Shown in pieces: positions 19,212 through 27,590 of a stretch of 64,000 nt of DNA. The notes under the pieces were generated by a model. It was not told the DNA's origin, searched no databases, and saw only the letters and a list, made by a program, of their open reading frames with translations. The position numbers and the translations under genes are program-made. Numbering within the stretch: position 1 is the stretch's first letter; every line of letters starts with the position of its first letter. The stretch comes from Deltaproteobacteria bacterium (GTDB lineage: Bacteria; Desulfobacterota; Desulfobacteria; Desulfobacterales; UBA2156), in NCBI GenBank assembly GCA_019309485.1, contig JAFDGC010000016.1, positions 8,294 through 72,293 of the forward strand, in the 5' to 3' direction.

Positions 19212-20315
19212 ATGAAAGTGGGAAATCAAGACCTTCGCCCCATCTGGTTCGACGCCGGGGCCGACGCCGTAAAGGTGATCGATCAGCGGTTGCTGCCCCA
19301 TCGCCTGGTCATCTCGGAACTGAGAACCGTAGAAGATACCGTTTATGCCATTCGTGAAATGATGGTGCGGGGGGCGCCGCTGATCGGCGTCACCGGTGCC
19401 TATGGCGTGGTGCTGGCCGCAAGAGAGGCCGGGGCCGGCCGAAAAGACGCATTTTACCGACTCTGCGAGAAGATCAAGGCGGTGCGCCCCACGGCGGTGA
19501 ATCTTTCCTGGGGCGTCGATCGGGTTTACAAGGCAACCGCGGGGCTGTCCCAAACCGAGGACCGCATCCGGACGGCCAAAACAGAGGCGGGGATCATCGC
19601 CGAAGAGGAAGCGGAAAACTGCCGGCGCATCGGTATGCACGGGGTCACCCTGGTCCGGGAGGCGGCGGCCGAAAAGACCGGCGGCCCGGTGAACATCCTG
19701 ACCCATTGCAATGCCGGGTGGCTGGCCTGCATCGAATACGGGACCGCCACCGCCCCTATTTATGCCGCCCATGACGCGGGGATCGACGTCCATGTGTGGG
19801 TGGATGAAACCCGCCCCTTGAATCAGGGCGCCCGGCTTACGGCGTGGGAACTGGGCGCCTACGGCATCAAGCACACCGTCATCACCGACAACGCCGGCGG
19901 GCACCTCATGCAGCACGGCCTGGTGGATATGGTGCTGGTGGGGACCGACCGCACCACGGGGACCGGGGATGTGGCCAACAAGATCGGGACGTATCTCAAG
20001 GCCCTGGCGGCAAAAGACAACGGCGTTCCTTTCTACGTGGCGCTGCCGTCCACCACCTTCGATTGGAACCTCAAAGACGGCCTCGGGGAGATCCCCATCG
20101 AAGAACGGGACGCGGACGAGGTCCGTTTTGTGGAGGGTTTGGAGGACGGCGTGCACCACCGGGTCCTCATTCCACCCAAGGAAAGCCCCTGCGCCAATTA
20201 TGCCTTTGACGTGACACCGGCGCGGCTGGTCACCCGCCTGATCACGGAGCGCGGTATCTGCGGCGCTTCCAGGGAAGCCATCCAAAAGCTCTTTCCGGAA
20301 AAATTCAGCGGGTGA
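19212..20315 (+). CDS. mtnA: S-methyl-5-thioribose-1-phosphate isomerase family (MtnA / eIF-2B-related; could equally be a 5-deoxyribose-1-P isomerase)
   Basis: Family-typical sequence across the 367 aa: VKVIDQRLLPHRLVISELRTVEDTVYAIREMMVRGAPLIGVTGAYG ... GTDRTTGTGDVANKIGTY. Confidence 0.85.
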   Translation: MKVGNQDLRPIWFDAGADAVKVIDQRLLPHRLVISELRTVEDTVYAIREMMVRGAPLIGVTGAYGVVLAAREAGAGRKDAFYRLCEKIKAVRPTAVNLSWGVDRVYKATAGLSQTEDRIRTAKTEAGIIAEEEAENCRRIGMHGVTLVREAAAEKTGGPVNILTHCNAGWLACIEYGTATAPIYAAHDAGIDVHVWVDETRPLNQGARLTAWELGAYGIKHTVITDNAGGHLMQHGLVDMVLVGTDRTTGTGDVANKIGTYLKALAAKDNGVPFYVALPSTTFDWNLKDGLGEIPIEERDADEVRFVEGLEDGVHHRVLIPPKESPCANYAFDVTPARLVTRLITERGICGASREAIQKLFPEKFSG

Positions 20316-20323
20316 GGGCGTTA

Positions 20324-20812
20324 ATGCTTTCCGAACTCGAGAAAAAGATAATTGCCCTGATCCAGGGGGATATCCCTCTTACCGAAAGGCCCTATCTGGC
20401 GATGGCGCAGCAACTTTCCATCCCGGAAGAACGGCTGATGGCCATCCTGAAGGAGCTATGCGAAAGGGGCATCATCCGGCGGTTCGGCGCTACCTTGCGG
20501 CACCAGAAATCCGGGTACACAGTGAACGTGATGGCGGCCTGGCATGTGGAAGAAGATCAAATCGAGGCCGTCGGTCAAAAGATGGCGAGGTTCCGGCAGG
20601 TCTCCCATTGTTACCGCCGAAATCCCGCTCGAGATTGGCCGTACAATCTTTACACCATGATCCATGCCAGGGACGAGGCCTCCTGCCGGAAGATCGTGAA
20701 AGAAATCGCTGAAAGGACGGGAATTGTTCAATACACGCTCTTGTTCAGCAAAAGGGAACTGAAAAAAACCTCGATGGCGTACTTTCCCGAGGCTAAACCC
20801 ACCGGCGGCTGA
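20324..20812 (+). CDS. AsnC/Lrp-like siroheme decarboxylase family protein (AhbA/AhbB/NirDLGH-like)
   Basis: N-terminal wHTH (LSELEKKIIALIQGDIPLTERPY...) and the C-terminal signature VSHCYRRNPARDWPYNLYTMIHA typical of AhbA/B. SD GAGGG lies 5 nt upstream of ATG 20324. The gene overlaps or abuts mtnA. Confidence 0.7.
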   Translation: MLSELEKKIIALIQGDIPLTERPYLAMAQQLSIPEERLMAILKELCERGIIRRFGATLRHQKSGYTVNVMAAWHVEEDQIEAVGQKMARFRQVSHCYRRNPARDWPYNLYTMIHARDEASCRKIVKEIAERTGIVQYTLLFSKRELKKTSMAYFPEAKPTGG

Positions 20813-20813
20813 T

Positions 20814-22172
20814 ATGGCCGTGCGTTCCACACCCCCCCACGTCTTGATCGTCAATCCCTGGATCCACGACTTTGCAGCATACGATTTCTGGGCGCAACCG
20901 TTGGGGATTCTGATGCTGGCGGCGGTGCTGCGCCGATGCGGCATCACCGTGTCGTATGTCAATTGCCTGGATCGTTTTCATCCCAGAGCCCGTCCTTTAT
21001 CCCCGAACCTTCGATTTGGCCGCGGGCCGTACCTAAAAACTCCGATCCCAAAACCGGGAGGCCTCGAAGACGTCCTTCGACGGTTTTCCCGATATGGCAT
21101 ACCGCCGGATTGGTTTTATGACGATCTTTGCCGGTTGACCCCTCCGGATTTGATCCTGGTAAGCTCCATGATGACTTACTGGTGGACCGGCGTCCGGGAA
21201 ACCATCGGCATGCTAAAAGAGGTGTTTCCGACGATTCCAGTGGTGCTGGGCGGGGTGTACGCCACACTTTGCCCGGACCATGCCCGGGAAAAGAGCGGTG
21301 CGGATCGCGTCCTGGCTGGACCCGGAGGGGCCCACATCCTGAACCTGGCCGGCGAACTGACGGGGTGTACCCCGGTGTCCCTGCAGGAACAAAGCGGATT
21401 CGATCCTGCGGACATGAATACATGGCCTTACCCGGCGTTGGAACTGCAGCACCGGATTCCCCATGTTCCCCTGCTCACGTCCCTGGGGTGCCCCTTCTCC
21501 TGTCCCTATTGTGCCTCCGGTGTACTTTCCCCGAAACGGATGCGCCGTTCACCCGATATCGTTGTGCAGGAGATCCGCTACTGGTATGAACGGCATGGTG
21601 TGACGGATTACACCCTCTATGACGATGCGTTCCTGGTGGAGGCCGTGGATCATGCGGTTCCCATACTGGAGAAAATTATCCGGATGCACCTGCCGGTCCG
21701 TTTTCACACGCCCAATGCGTTGCATATCCGAAAGATCACGCCGAAAACAGCGCGGCTGCTCAAAGAGGCGGGATTTGTGACGCTTCGACTGGGGCTGGAG
21801 ACGGCAGGATCGGAAGACGGGAAAAGATGGGATCACAAGGTGACTCTGGAGGAATTTTCGCGGGTCGCCGCGTTTCTTTTGGAAGCCGGTTTTACGCGTC
21901 GGCAGGTGGGGGCGTATCTGTTGGCGGGACTTCCGGGCCAATCCTTTTCTTCGGTGGCATCCTCCATTCACTCTGTAAAGGCCTGCGGGATCCGGCCGAT
22001 TCCGGCCTATTATTCGCCGATTCCTCACACGGCGCTGTGGAAAGAAGCCGTCGCTTCCTCTAGATATCCCCTTGAATCGGATCCGATTTTCACCAACAAC
22101 GCGGTTTTTCCCTGTCAAAAGGAGCCGTTTTCCTGGGAAGTCGTCACGCGGATCAAGGTCCTTTGCGCATAA
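20814..22172 (+). CDS. B12-binding-domain radical SAM protein (class B rSAM), function unknown
   Basis: N-terminal Rossmann-like B12-binding pattern (VLIVNPWIHDFAAYDFWAQPLGILMLAAVL) and the rSAM cluster motif LGCPFSCPYCAS. It starts 1 nt after the preceding stop. Confidence 0.85.
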   Translation: MAVRSTPPHVLIVNPWIHDFAAYDFWAQPLGILMLAAVLRRCGITVSYVNCLDRFHPRARPLSPNLRFGRGPYLKTPIPKPGGLEDVLRRFSRYGIPPDWFYDDLCRLTPPDLILVSSMMTYWWTGVRETIGMLKEVFPTIPVVLGGVYATLCPDHAREKSGADRVLAGPGGAHILNLAGELTGCTPVSLQEQSGFDPADMNTWPYPALELQHRIPHVPLLTSLGCPFSCPYCASGVLSPKRMRRSPDIVVQEIRYWYERHGVTDYTLYDDAFLVEAVDHAVPILEKIIRMHLPVRFHTPNALHIRKITPKTARLLKEAGFVTLRLGLETAGSEDGKRWDHKVTLEEFSRVAAFLLEAGFTRRQVGAYLLAGLPGQSFSSVASSIHSVKACGIRPIPAYYSPIPHTALWKEAVASSRYPLESDPIFTNNAVFPCQKEPFSWEVVTRIKVLCA

Positions 22173-22510
22173 AAATGCCGCCGTGAAGTGAAGGCGGCAT
22201 TGGATACACAAGGCAAAGATAAGCATCCATGGGATAAACCGGATCGGCGATGTAATCCTCGACGGAAGGTTGAGGGATGTCGTCGTATGCGGGGGATTGA
22301 ATGATCGGCGCGGCTTGCGCGACAGGCCTTGGCGGTTTTTTGAAATCCCATAAATCCAGGTGCTGGAGTACGTTTTTGACGACATCCGGATCTTCGATGA
22401 ACGCAATTACTCGCATTTTCCCCGGCATTGGGGACAGACCAAAGGATCCACTTCATAGATCTTTTGGATCACTCGGGACCAGGTCTTTTGAAATTGAAAA
22501 GAGAATCAGG
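22153..22510 (-). pseudogene. IS91-family (Y2 HUH rolling-circle) transposase, C-terminal remnant with frameshift
   Basis: Minus-strand translation gives FQKTWSRVIQKIYEVDPLVCPQC. After a 1-nt frame change it continues GKMRVIAFIEDPDVVKNVLQHLDLWDFKKPPRP...APIIQSPAYDDIPQPSVEDYIADPVYPMDAY, the characteristic IS91 transposase tail. No N-terminal or catalytic part is present. Confidence 0.7.
22175..22200 (+). terminator. Hairpin just after the radical SAM gene stop (ATGCCGCC / GGCGGCAT, 10-nt loop)
   Basis: Perfect 8-bp stem seen directly, with no obvious U-tract. Confidence 0.35.
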
Positions 22511-22957
22511 TCCCGATGCCACGCGCTTGGTTTTCGTGACCGTGCAGACTGGGCCAGCCGTCCGCGCGTGTCACCCAATGCCTTTTTCCTAAAATGAACG
22601 GGTCTCAGAAGCAACCTCACTTTTTTCAAGGCGAAGACCGATTCGCTCCCGTTTTCCGGAAACCCTGGCCGAAAACCTGCAATCAGAGCCGGCAACGCGG
22701 CCGAAAATCCCATGCCGAGAATTTGACCGGCAATCCCTATTGCCGCGTCCCCCACGCGGAAGGGCGGTCCAGTCTTTTTTCAGGCTTCCTGTTTTTCCTT
22801 GACTTTTCAGAAGCTTCACATCATCTATAAGTAATCCCGGCATTTTTTTCGGAGTTCTATAGGCCATCGGCATATGGAACCACACGGCCGTGCCGCCAAG
22901 TAGGGTCAGGGGCTGCACGTGCTACAGCCTCCGTGAACCGCGGGGAATGAGGGAGAC

Positions 22958-23257
22958 ATGGCTTCCGCAAGGCACAACAGAAGGTTGAGAAGCGCCGATT
23001 TTTTCGTGCTCTTTTGCTTCCTTACCGTAGGGTACGTCGACGCTTTCGCTGCCCGGCTCATGCCGGGACATTTCGCCTACCAGGGGGCCTTGGGCCAGCG
23101 GGATCCGTGGAGCGTGGCGCCTTGCGCCGTCTGTATTCCACAGGACTTCATGCTCAACGCATCTGACGGGATCTCATGCGGCCATACCGGAGCCCTGGCG
23201 GTCGATGCTGCAGGAAACGGGTCTTTGTCGTCGAAAAGGGATTCGGAGGTCATTTGA
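22958..23257 (+). CDS. Hypothetical small exported protein (99 aa)
   Basis: SD GAGGGAG lies 4 nt before the ATG. There is a signal-like segment FFVLFCFLTVGYVDAFA and a CAVC motif. I recognise no family. Confidence 0.35.
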   Translation: MASARHNRRLRSADFFVLFCFLTVGYVDAFAARLMPGHFAYQGALGQRDPWSVAPCAVCIPQDFMLNASDGISCGHTGALAVDAAGNGSLSSKRDSEVI

Positions 23258-23319
23258 ACGAAAATGCCGCCGTGGTTCATGTCTGGCGGATAAACTGATC
23301 CGCGTGAAGGGAGGGAGGG

Positions 23320-24093
23320 ATGAAAAGAAGAGGGATGCAAACCGGTCTCATCGGCGTCCTTGCTTCGGCGCTCTTGATTTTCCTGAGTCCACTGACAATC
23401 TGGGGCCTGACTGCTGACCACCATGCGCCGTCTGCCTTTTCCGACATTCCGGCGTCGTATTTCAGTCAGGTTCGATTAGCCTATCACATTTTTTACGGCC
23501 ATACGTCCCATGGAAGCCAGATTGTTACCGGACTTCAGATGCTGAATGCCCAAAACCCAACCAGTTACGCGGTGCCGGTGATTCAGGAATATGATTGGAC
23601 CGACCTGGGGGATCCGGACTGGGCCTCGATCACGCGCGGTTTTCTTTCAAGCAATCCCCAGACCAACGTCGTCATGTGGTCCTGGTGCGGCCAGTTGTCC
23701 TGGCTGACCGCGTCTGAGGTCGACGCCTATCTGGCGCAGATGAGCCGTCTGGAGCAGGAGTTCCCGGGGGTCGTCTTCGTTTACATGACCGGGCATCTTG
23801 ATGGTGAGGGTCCTTTGGGAACATTGTACGCAAACAATGAGCGGATCCGTTCCTACTGCGCGGCGAACCACAAGGTCCTTTTCGATTTCGCGGACATCGA
23901 ACGCTTCGATCCGCAGGGAACCGGCTATCCGTATGGAACGGATCGGTGTGAATGGTGCGAGGCGTGGTGTGCGACCCGGGTCTGCCCGACGTGCGAGGAC
24001 TGTGCGCATTCCCACTGCTTCAATTGTTACCAGAAGGGAAAGGCGTTCTGGTGGATGATGGCGAACATCGTGGGGTGGCTCCCGCCGGGATAA
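23320..24093 (+). CDS. Exported protein of unknown function with a C-terminal nine-cysteine cluster
   Basis: Strong SD GGGAGGGAGGG and a signal peptide (LIGVLASALLIFLSPLTIWG). Conserved-looking blocks are FYGHTSHGSQ, VVMWSWCGQ and VFVYMTGHLDG. The C-terminus reads CEWCEAWCATRVCPTCEDCAHSHCFNC. Confidence 0.7.
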   Translation: MKRRGMQTGLIGVLASALLIFLSPLTIWGLTADHHAPSAFSDIPASYFSQVRLAYHIFYGHTSHGSQIVTGLQMLNAQNPTSYAVPVIQEYDWTDLGDPDWASITRGFLSSNPQTNVVMWSWCGQLSWLTASEVDAYLAQMSRLEQEFPGVVFVYMTGHLDGEGPLGTLYANNERIRSYCAANHKVLFDFADIERFDPQGTGYPYGTDRCEWCEAWCATRVCPTCEDCAHSHCFNCYQKGKAFWWMMANIVGWLPPG

Positions 24094-24103
24094 AAGGATA
24101 AAA

Positions 24104-25203
24104 GGGACGTTGTTTCCATGTTGATTTATTTAGAATCAAGCGGCTGCAAAATAGTGCCCGCGGCGGCAATCAGGTTTGCATCATTCTCCGCCCTTTGCAC
24201 CGCTCTGCTGATGGCGGAGCGGTCTACATTCAGTCGACGGGCCACCTCGCTTCCGGAGATCGACAACTCCCGAGTGGCAATATAGCCAACCAGAGCGCGG
24301 GCCCTTGCAATCTTAAGACGTCTTGTCGGGCTGGCCAGTTCCTTTTCTTCGATTTTAAAATAACGGCAAACAGCCATGATCACCCCGGATAGATCCATGC
24401 CTGCAGATTGTATCCGGGTCCTCCGGTCGTACGCCTCGCCAGCCCGTTTGAGCGTCGTTTCGACAAATTCGCTGCTTCCCAGAATTCGCTCATCACCGGC
24501 AAGCCGAATTCCATCCCGATACGCCTCTTTGACCGCACGCCACCCTCCGGCGGAACGGACCAATCCCCCGCCGGTCAACTCAGGACAGCGGCCCTTGGCT
24601 GACCACTTTACCATATGCCTTTGCAGGTTTTGCCTTGCTTCTGAAACGGTTTTTCCAAAAAGCGTCAATACATACTCAGTATCTTGCCAGGGTCTGTCCT
24701 TTTTGCCCATCAATGCGCTGTGTCCAGTGAAAGGGTAAACCTTTAATGTTGCAACATCCGCGACAATTCCGGCTCTAAACGGGTTGAGATGAATATATGC
24801 GACCAATTGTTTGAGATAACTGTCCTCTTCGCAAAGAATCGATTTATATCGGTTTTGGAAAAGATGCCCGTACCGGCGATGCCGTCGATTGAACCTCACC
24901 GCATAGCCGGTTAGAAGTCGGCGCATAAGCGAAGCAATCGGGGCTGTTCCGGTGCGAAGGAGGAGATGCACGTGATTGGTCATCAACGCCCACCCATAGC
25001 AGACCGTACCCATCTCCTGAACCAGCCTGGAAAGCCGTTCAAGAAAATCCTCCCGATCCTTGTCATCCTCGAAAATTTTTCTCTGTTCGATTCCTCGGGT
25101 GAGGATATGATGCAGTGCGCCTGGCGCATCAATGCGGGCTTGACGTGGCATACGTTCTGATTGCCTGTTTTGAACTTATTTGTCAACAAAGAAACAACGT
25201 CCC
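24104..25203 (-). mobile_element. Compact putative mobile unit: HUH/Y1 transposase-like gene bracketed by 21-bp imperfect inverted repeats
   Basis: The left end 24104-24124 is GGGACGTTGTTTCcatGTTGA. The reverse complement of the right end 25183-25203 is GGGACGTTGTTTCtttGTTGA, matching at 18 of 21 positions including a 13-nt perfect core. The repeats sit within about 30 nt of the two ends of the gene. Confidence 0.55.
24126..25151 (-). CDS. IS200-like Y1 (HUH) transposase-domain protein fused to a DnaA-C-terminal-like HTH
   Basis: N-terminus MPRQARIDAPGALHHILTRGIEQRKIF...TNHVHLLL (HUH motif) ...YIHLNPFRAG (Tyr region). The C-terminal RRLKIARARALVGYIATRELSISGSEVARRLNVDRSAISRAV resembles the DnaA domain IV type HTH. 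Confidence 0.85.
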   Translation of the reverse strand: MPRQARIDAPGALHHILTRGIEQRKIFEDDKDREDFLERLSRLVQEMGTVCYGWALMTNHVHLLLRTGTAPIASLMRRLLTGYAVRFNRRHRRYGHLFQNRYKSILCEEDSYLKQLVAYIHLNPFRAGIVADVATLKVYPFTGHSALMGKKDRPWQDTEYVLTLFGKTVSEARQNLQRHMVKWSAKGRCPELTGGGLVRSAGGWRAVKEAYRDGIRLAGDERILGSSEFVETTLKRAGEAYDRRTRIQSAGMDLSGVIMAVCRYFKIEEKELASPTRRLKIARARALVGYIATRELSISGSEVARRLNVDRSAISRAVQRAENDANLIAAAGTILQPLDSK

Positions 25204-25349
25204 CTTGAATCGGCACCTTGACAGGTCGGCGGATCACCCTGTAATTTGTCGAACACAACCCGACCCGGGGAGGTGTGATTGGGAAGGCGGCAAGAACAAC
25301 GTCGGATTATTATAATTTTATCTGTTATGACAGGGGAAAGGAAAGGATC

Positions 25350-26819
25350 ATGATGCGTTTGCGGTGGGTCGACATTGAGAAAAATGGCGTAAAGAACCTG
25401 ATCGTTCCGGTTACCCAAGACCGGGAGCTTACAGATCATCCGATAATCGCCCGGCTCGTGGAGGCCGCCAAGGGATATCCGGAATTCAAGGGAGAAAAAG
25501 GAGACGAACTGATCCTTTACCGCCCCGACGGTTTTCCGGTGGAACGGGTGCTTTTTTTGGGCCTTGGAAAATCCGAAGCGGTGAACCGGGAAACCCTGCG
25601 CGCTTTTACCGGGAAGGGTGTCCAGAAGGGTATCGGAATGAAGCTTGAAGAAGCGATGTTCGAGGTGCCTTCCCCGAAACGCCTGGATCGGGATCCGAAG
25701 GAAGTTCTCGAACCGATGCTTGAAGGTGCGTTTTTGGCCAATCATCGCTTTACCCGATATAAAAAAGAGAAAAAAGAGCGAGAGCTGGCGAGGATCGCGT
25801 TTCTTGCGCCGCGTTCGATTCAGCAGCAACTTCGAAGATTGCCCGAATCCGTTGAAACCGTGTGCCGGGGAACCCTCCTGGCCCGGGAATGGGTCTCCAT
25901 GCCCGCCAATGAGAAACGACCGGAGGACTTCGCCAGGGCCGTCATGGCTGAAGCCCGAAAAACCGGCTTGAAAGCGACTCTTTATACCGAAAAAACGCTC
26001 CGGCAAAAGGGCTTCAATGCCCTGCTTTCCGTTTCGGCGGGAAGTGAGCGCCAGGCCCAAATGGTGGTTCTGGAACACGCCACCGTGAAAACGGGAAAGC
26101 CTGTGGTTCTGGTGGGGAAAGGGGTCACTTTCGATACCGGCGGCATCAACCTGAAGCCCGGGCAGGGGATGGACGAGATGAAGACGGACATGTCCGGCGC
26201 CGCCGCCGTGGCGGCGACCCTCATCGCGGCCTCCCGGCTGAAAATGAAACGGCGATTGGTGGGGGTCCTTCCCATTGTGGAGAATATGCCCTCCGGAAGC
26301 GCCGCGCGCCCGGGAGACATCGTGAAAAGCTTTTTCGGAAAAACCGTGGAGATCGCCAATACGGATGCGGAAGGGCGCCTGATCCTCATCGATGCCATGG
26401 CCTGGGCGGCAAAGACCTACAAGCCGGAATTCATGATCGATCTGGCGACCCTCACCGGGGCCTGCGTGGTGGCCCTGGGGGAAAAAATCGCGGGTCTTTT
26501 CACGGAAGACGAGGCACTGGCTGGCGCGATCCTGGAGTCCGGGGAAAGAACCTTTGAACGGTGCTGGCGGCTTCCCATGCCCGAAGACTACAAGGATCTG
26601 CTGAAAAGCGACTTGGCGGATATCCGGAACGTGGCCGAATCCCGTTGGGGCGGGGCCATCCAGGGGGCGTTGTTCCTTGCCGAGTTCATGGAAAAGACCC
26701 GATGGGCCCACATCGACATCGCCGGGCCGGCGTCCGCCAAGAAGGGGGGACCGTATTGTTCTCCCGGCGGCACCGGGTTCGGGGTCCGGCTGCTGTGCGA
26801 TATCCTGGAACGGGTTTGA
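25350..26819 (+). CDS. pepA: Leucyl aminopeptidase (M17)
   Basis: M17 signature NTDAEGRLILIDA plus VGKGVTFDTGGINLKP. ATG 25350 has an upstream GGAAAGGA; the track ORF begins at GTG 25275. Confidence 0.9.
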   Translation: MMRLRWVDIEKNGVKNLIVPVTQDRELTDHPIIARLVEAAKGYPEFKGEKGDELILYRPDGFPVERVLFLGLGKSEAVNRETLRAFTGKGVQKGIGMKLEEAMFEVPSPKRLDRDPKEVLEPMLEGAFLANHRFTRYKKEKKERELARIAFLAPRSIQQQLRRLPESVETVCRGTLLAREWVSMPANEKRPEDFARAVMAEARKTGLKATLYTEKTLRQKGFNALLSVSAGSERQAQMVVLEHATVKTGKPVVLVGKGVTFDTGGINLKPGQGMDEMKTDMSGAAAVAATLIAASRLKMKRRLVGVLPIVENMPSGSAARPGDIVKSFFGKTVEIANTDAEGRLILIDAMAWAAKTYKPEFMIDLATLTGACVVALGEKIAGLFTEDEALAGAILESGERTFERCWRLPMPEDYKDLLKSDLADIRNVAESRWGGAIQGALFLAEFMEKTRWAHIDIAGPASAKKGGPYCSPGGTGFGVRLLCDILERV

Positions 26820-26824
26820 CCGGC

Positions 26825-27313
26825 GTGATTTTCGAAATCGAACGCAAATTCCTCGTGAAAAACGACGGCTGGAAATCTCTGGGCCGCGGCGTGGTATGCC
26901 GGCAGGGGTACTTAAGCCGCACCCGGGATTGCGTGGTTCGGGTCCGCACCGCCGACGACAGGGCCTATCTCGCGGTAAAAGGCGCCCTAACGGAAATCAC
27001 CCGAAAAGAATTCGAGTATGAGATTCCCGTCGCCGATGCGAAAGTACTCCTGGCCGATTTCTGCGAGAAACCGCTGATCGAAAAGATCCGGTATCTCATC
27101 AGCTACAAGGGTCTTACCTGGGAAGTGGACGTCTTTTCAGGGGAAAACGAGGGTCTGGTCATCGCCGAGCTGGAACTTGAAAGAGAAGACGAACCCTTTG
27201 AAAAACCCGATTGGATCGGGGAAGAAGTCACCGGCGATCCCCGGTATTACAATGCCAACCTGGTGAAAAATCCTTACCGTCGATGGGCGAAAAAGCCCGG
27301 GCCCGCGGCATGA
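26825..27313 (+). CDS. CYTH-domain protein (class IV adenylate cyclase / triphosphatase fold)
   Basis: VIFEIERKFLV (ExExK motif) at GTG 26825, then ...EVDVFSGENEGLVIAELELE. The upstream part of track ORF 26561 overlaps pepA and is rejected. Confidence 0.8.
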   Translation: MIFEIERKFLVKNDGWKSLGRGVVCRQGYLSRTRDCVVRVRTADDRAYLAVKGALTEITRKEFEYEIPVADAKVLLADFCEKPLIEKIRYLISYKGLTWEVDVFSGENEGLVIAELELEREDEPFEKPDWIGEEVTGDPRYYNANLVKNPYRRWAKKPGPAA

Positions 27314-27323
27314 GAGACAACGA

Positions 27324-27586
27324 TTGAGCCAGTTCGAACTGGGCATCATCGCCAGCACCCTTGCGGGGTTTGCCACCGGCGTGGGAGCATTGCCGGTCTT
27401 TTTCTTCCAGAAAGTTTCGGACCGCCTTATGAGTATGCTTTTGGGCGGGGCGGCCGGGGTCATGCTGGCGGCCCCTCCTTTTCCCTGATCGTCCCCGGCA
27501 TCGAATACGGGAATGTCCTCTGGCCGGGAAAAGGGGTCTATGTGGTGGTCATCGGCATGCTCCTGGGGGGCGGTCTTTTTAGATAG
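27324..27586 (+). pseudogene. ZIP-family (ZupT-like) metal transporter remnant: frameshifted and 3'-truncated
   Basis: The frame from TTG 27324 gives LSQFELGIIASTLAGFATGVGALPVFFFQKVSDRLMSMLLGGAAGVMLAA and stops at 27486-27488. The next frame continues SLIVPGIEYGNVLWPGKGVYVVVIGMLLGGGLF and then stops at 27584-27586, abutting the hisD stop. Only about one third of a ZIP protein is present. Confidence 0.55.
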
Positions 27587-27590
27587 GATT

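Noticed and set aside
22172-22185. A 14-nt direct repeat AAAATGCCGCCGTG at 22172-22185 and 23261-23274 brackets the IS91 debris. The second copy is preceded by GAAC, a reported IS91 target tetranucleotide.
   Set aside because: Exact 14-mers are expected to recur by chance at about this frequency in 64 kb. IS91-type elements do not make target duplications. It is suggestive of the insertion boundaries but cannot be supported without an empty-site comparison.
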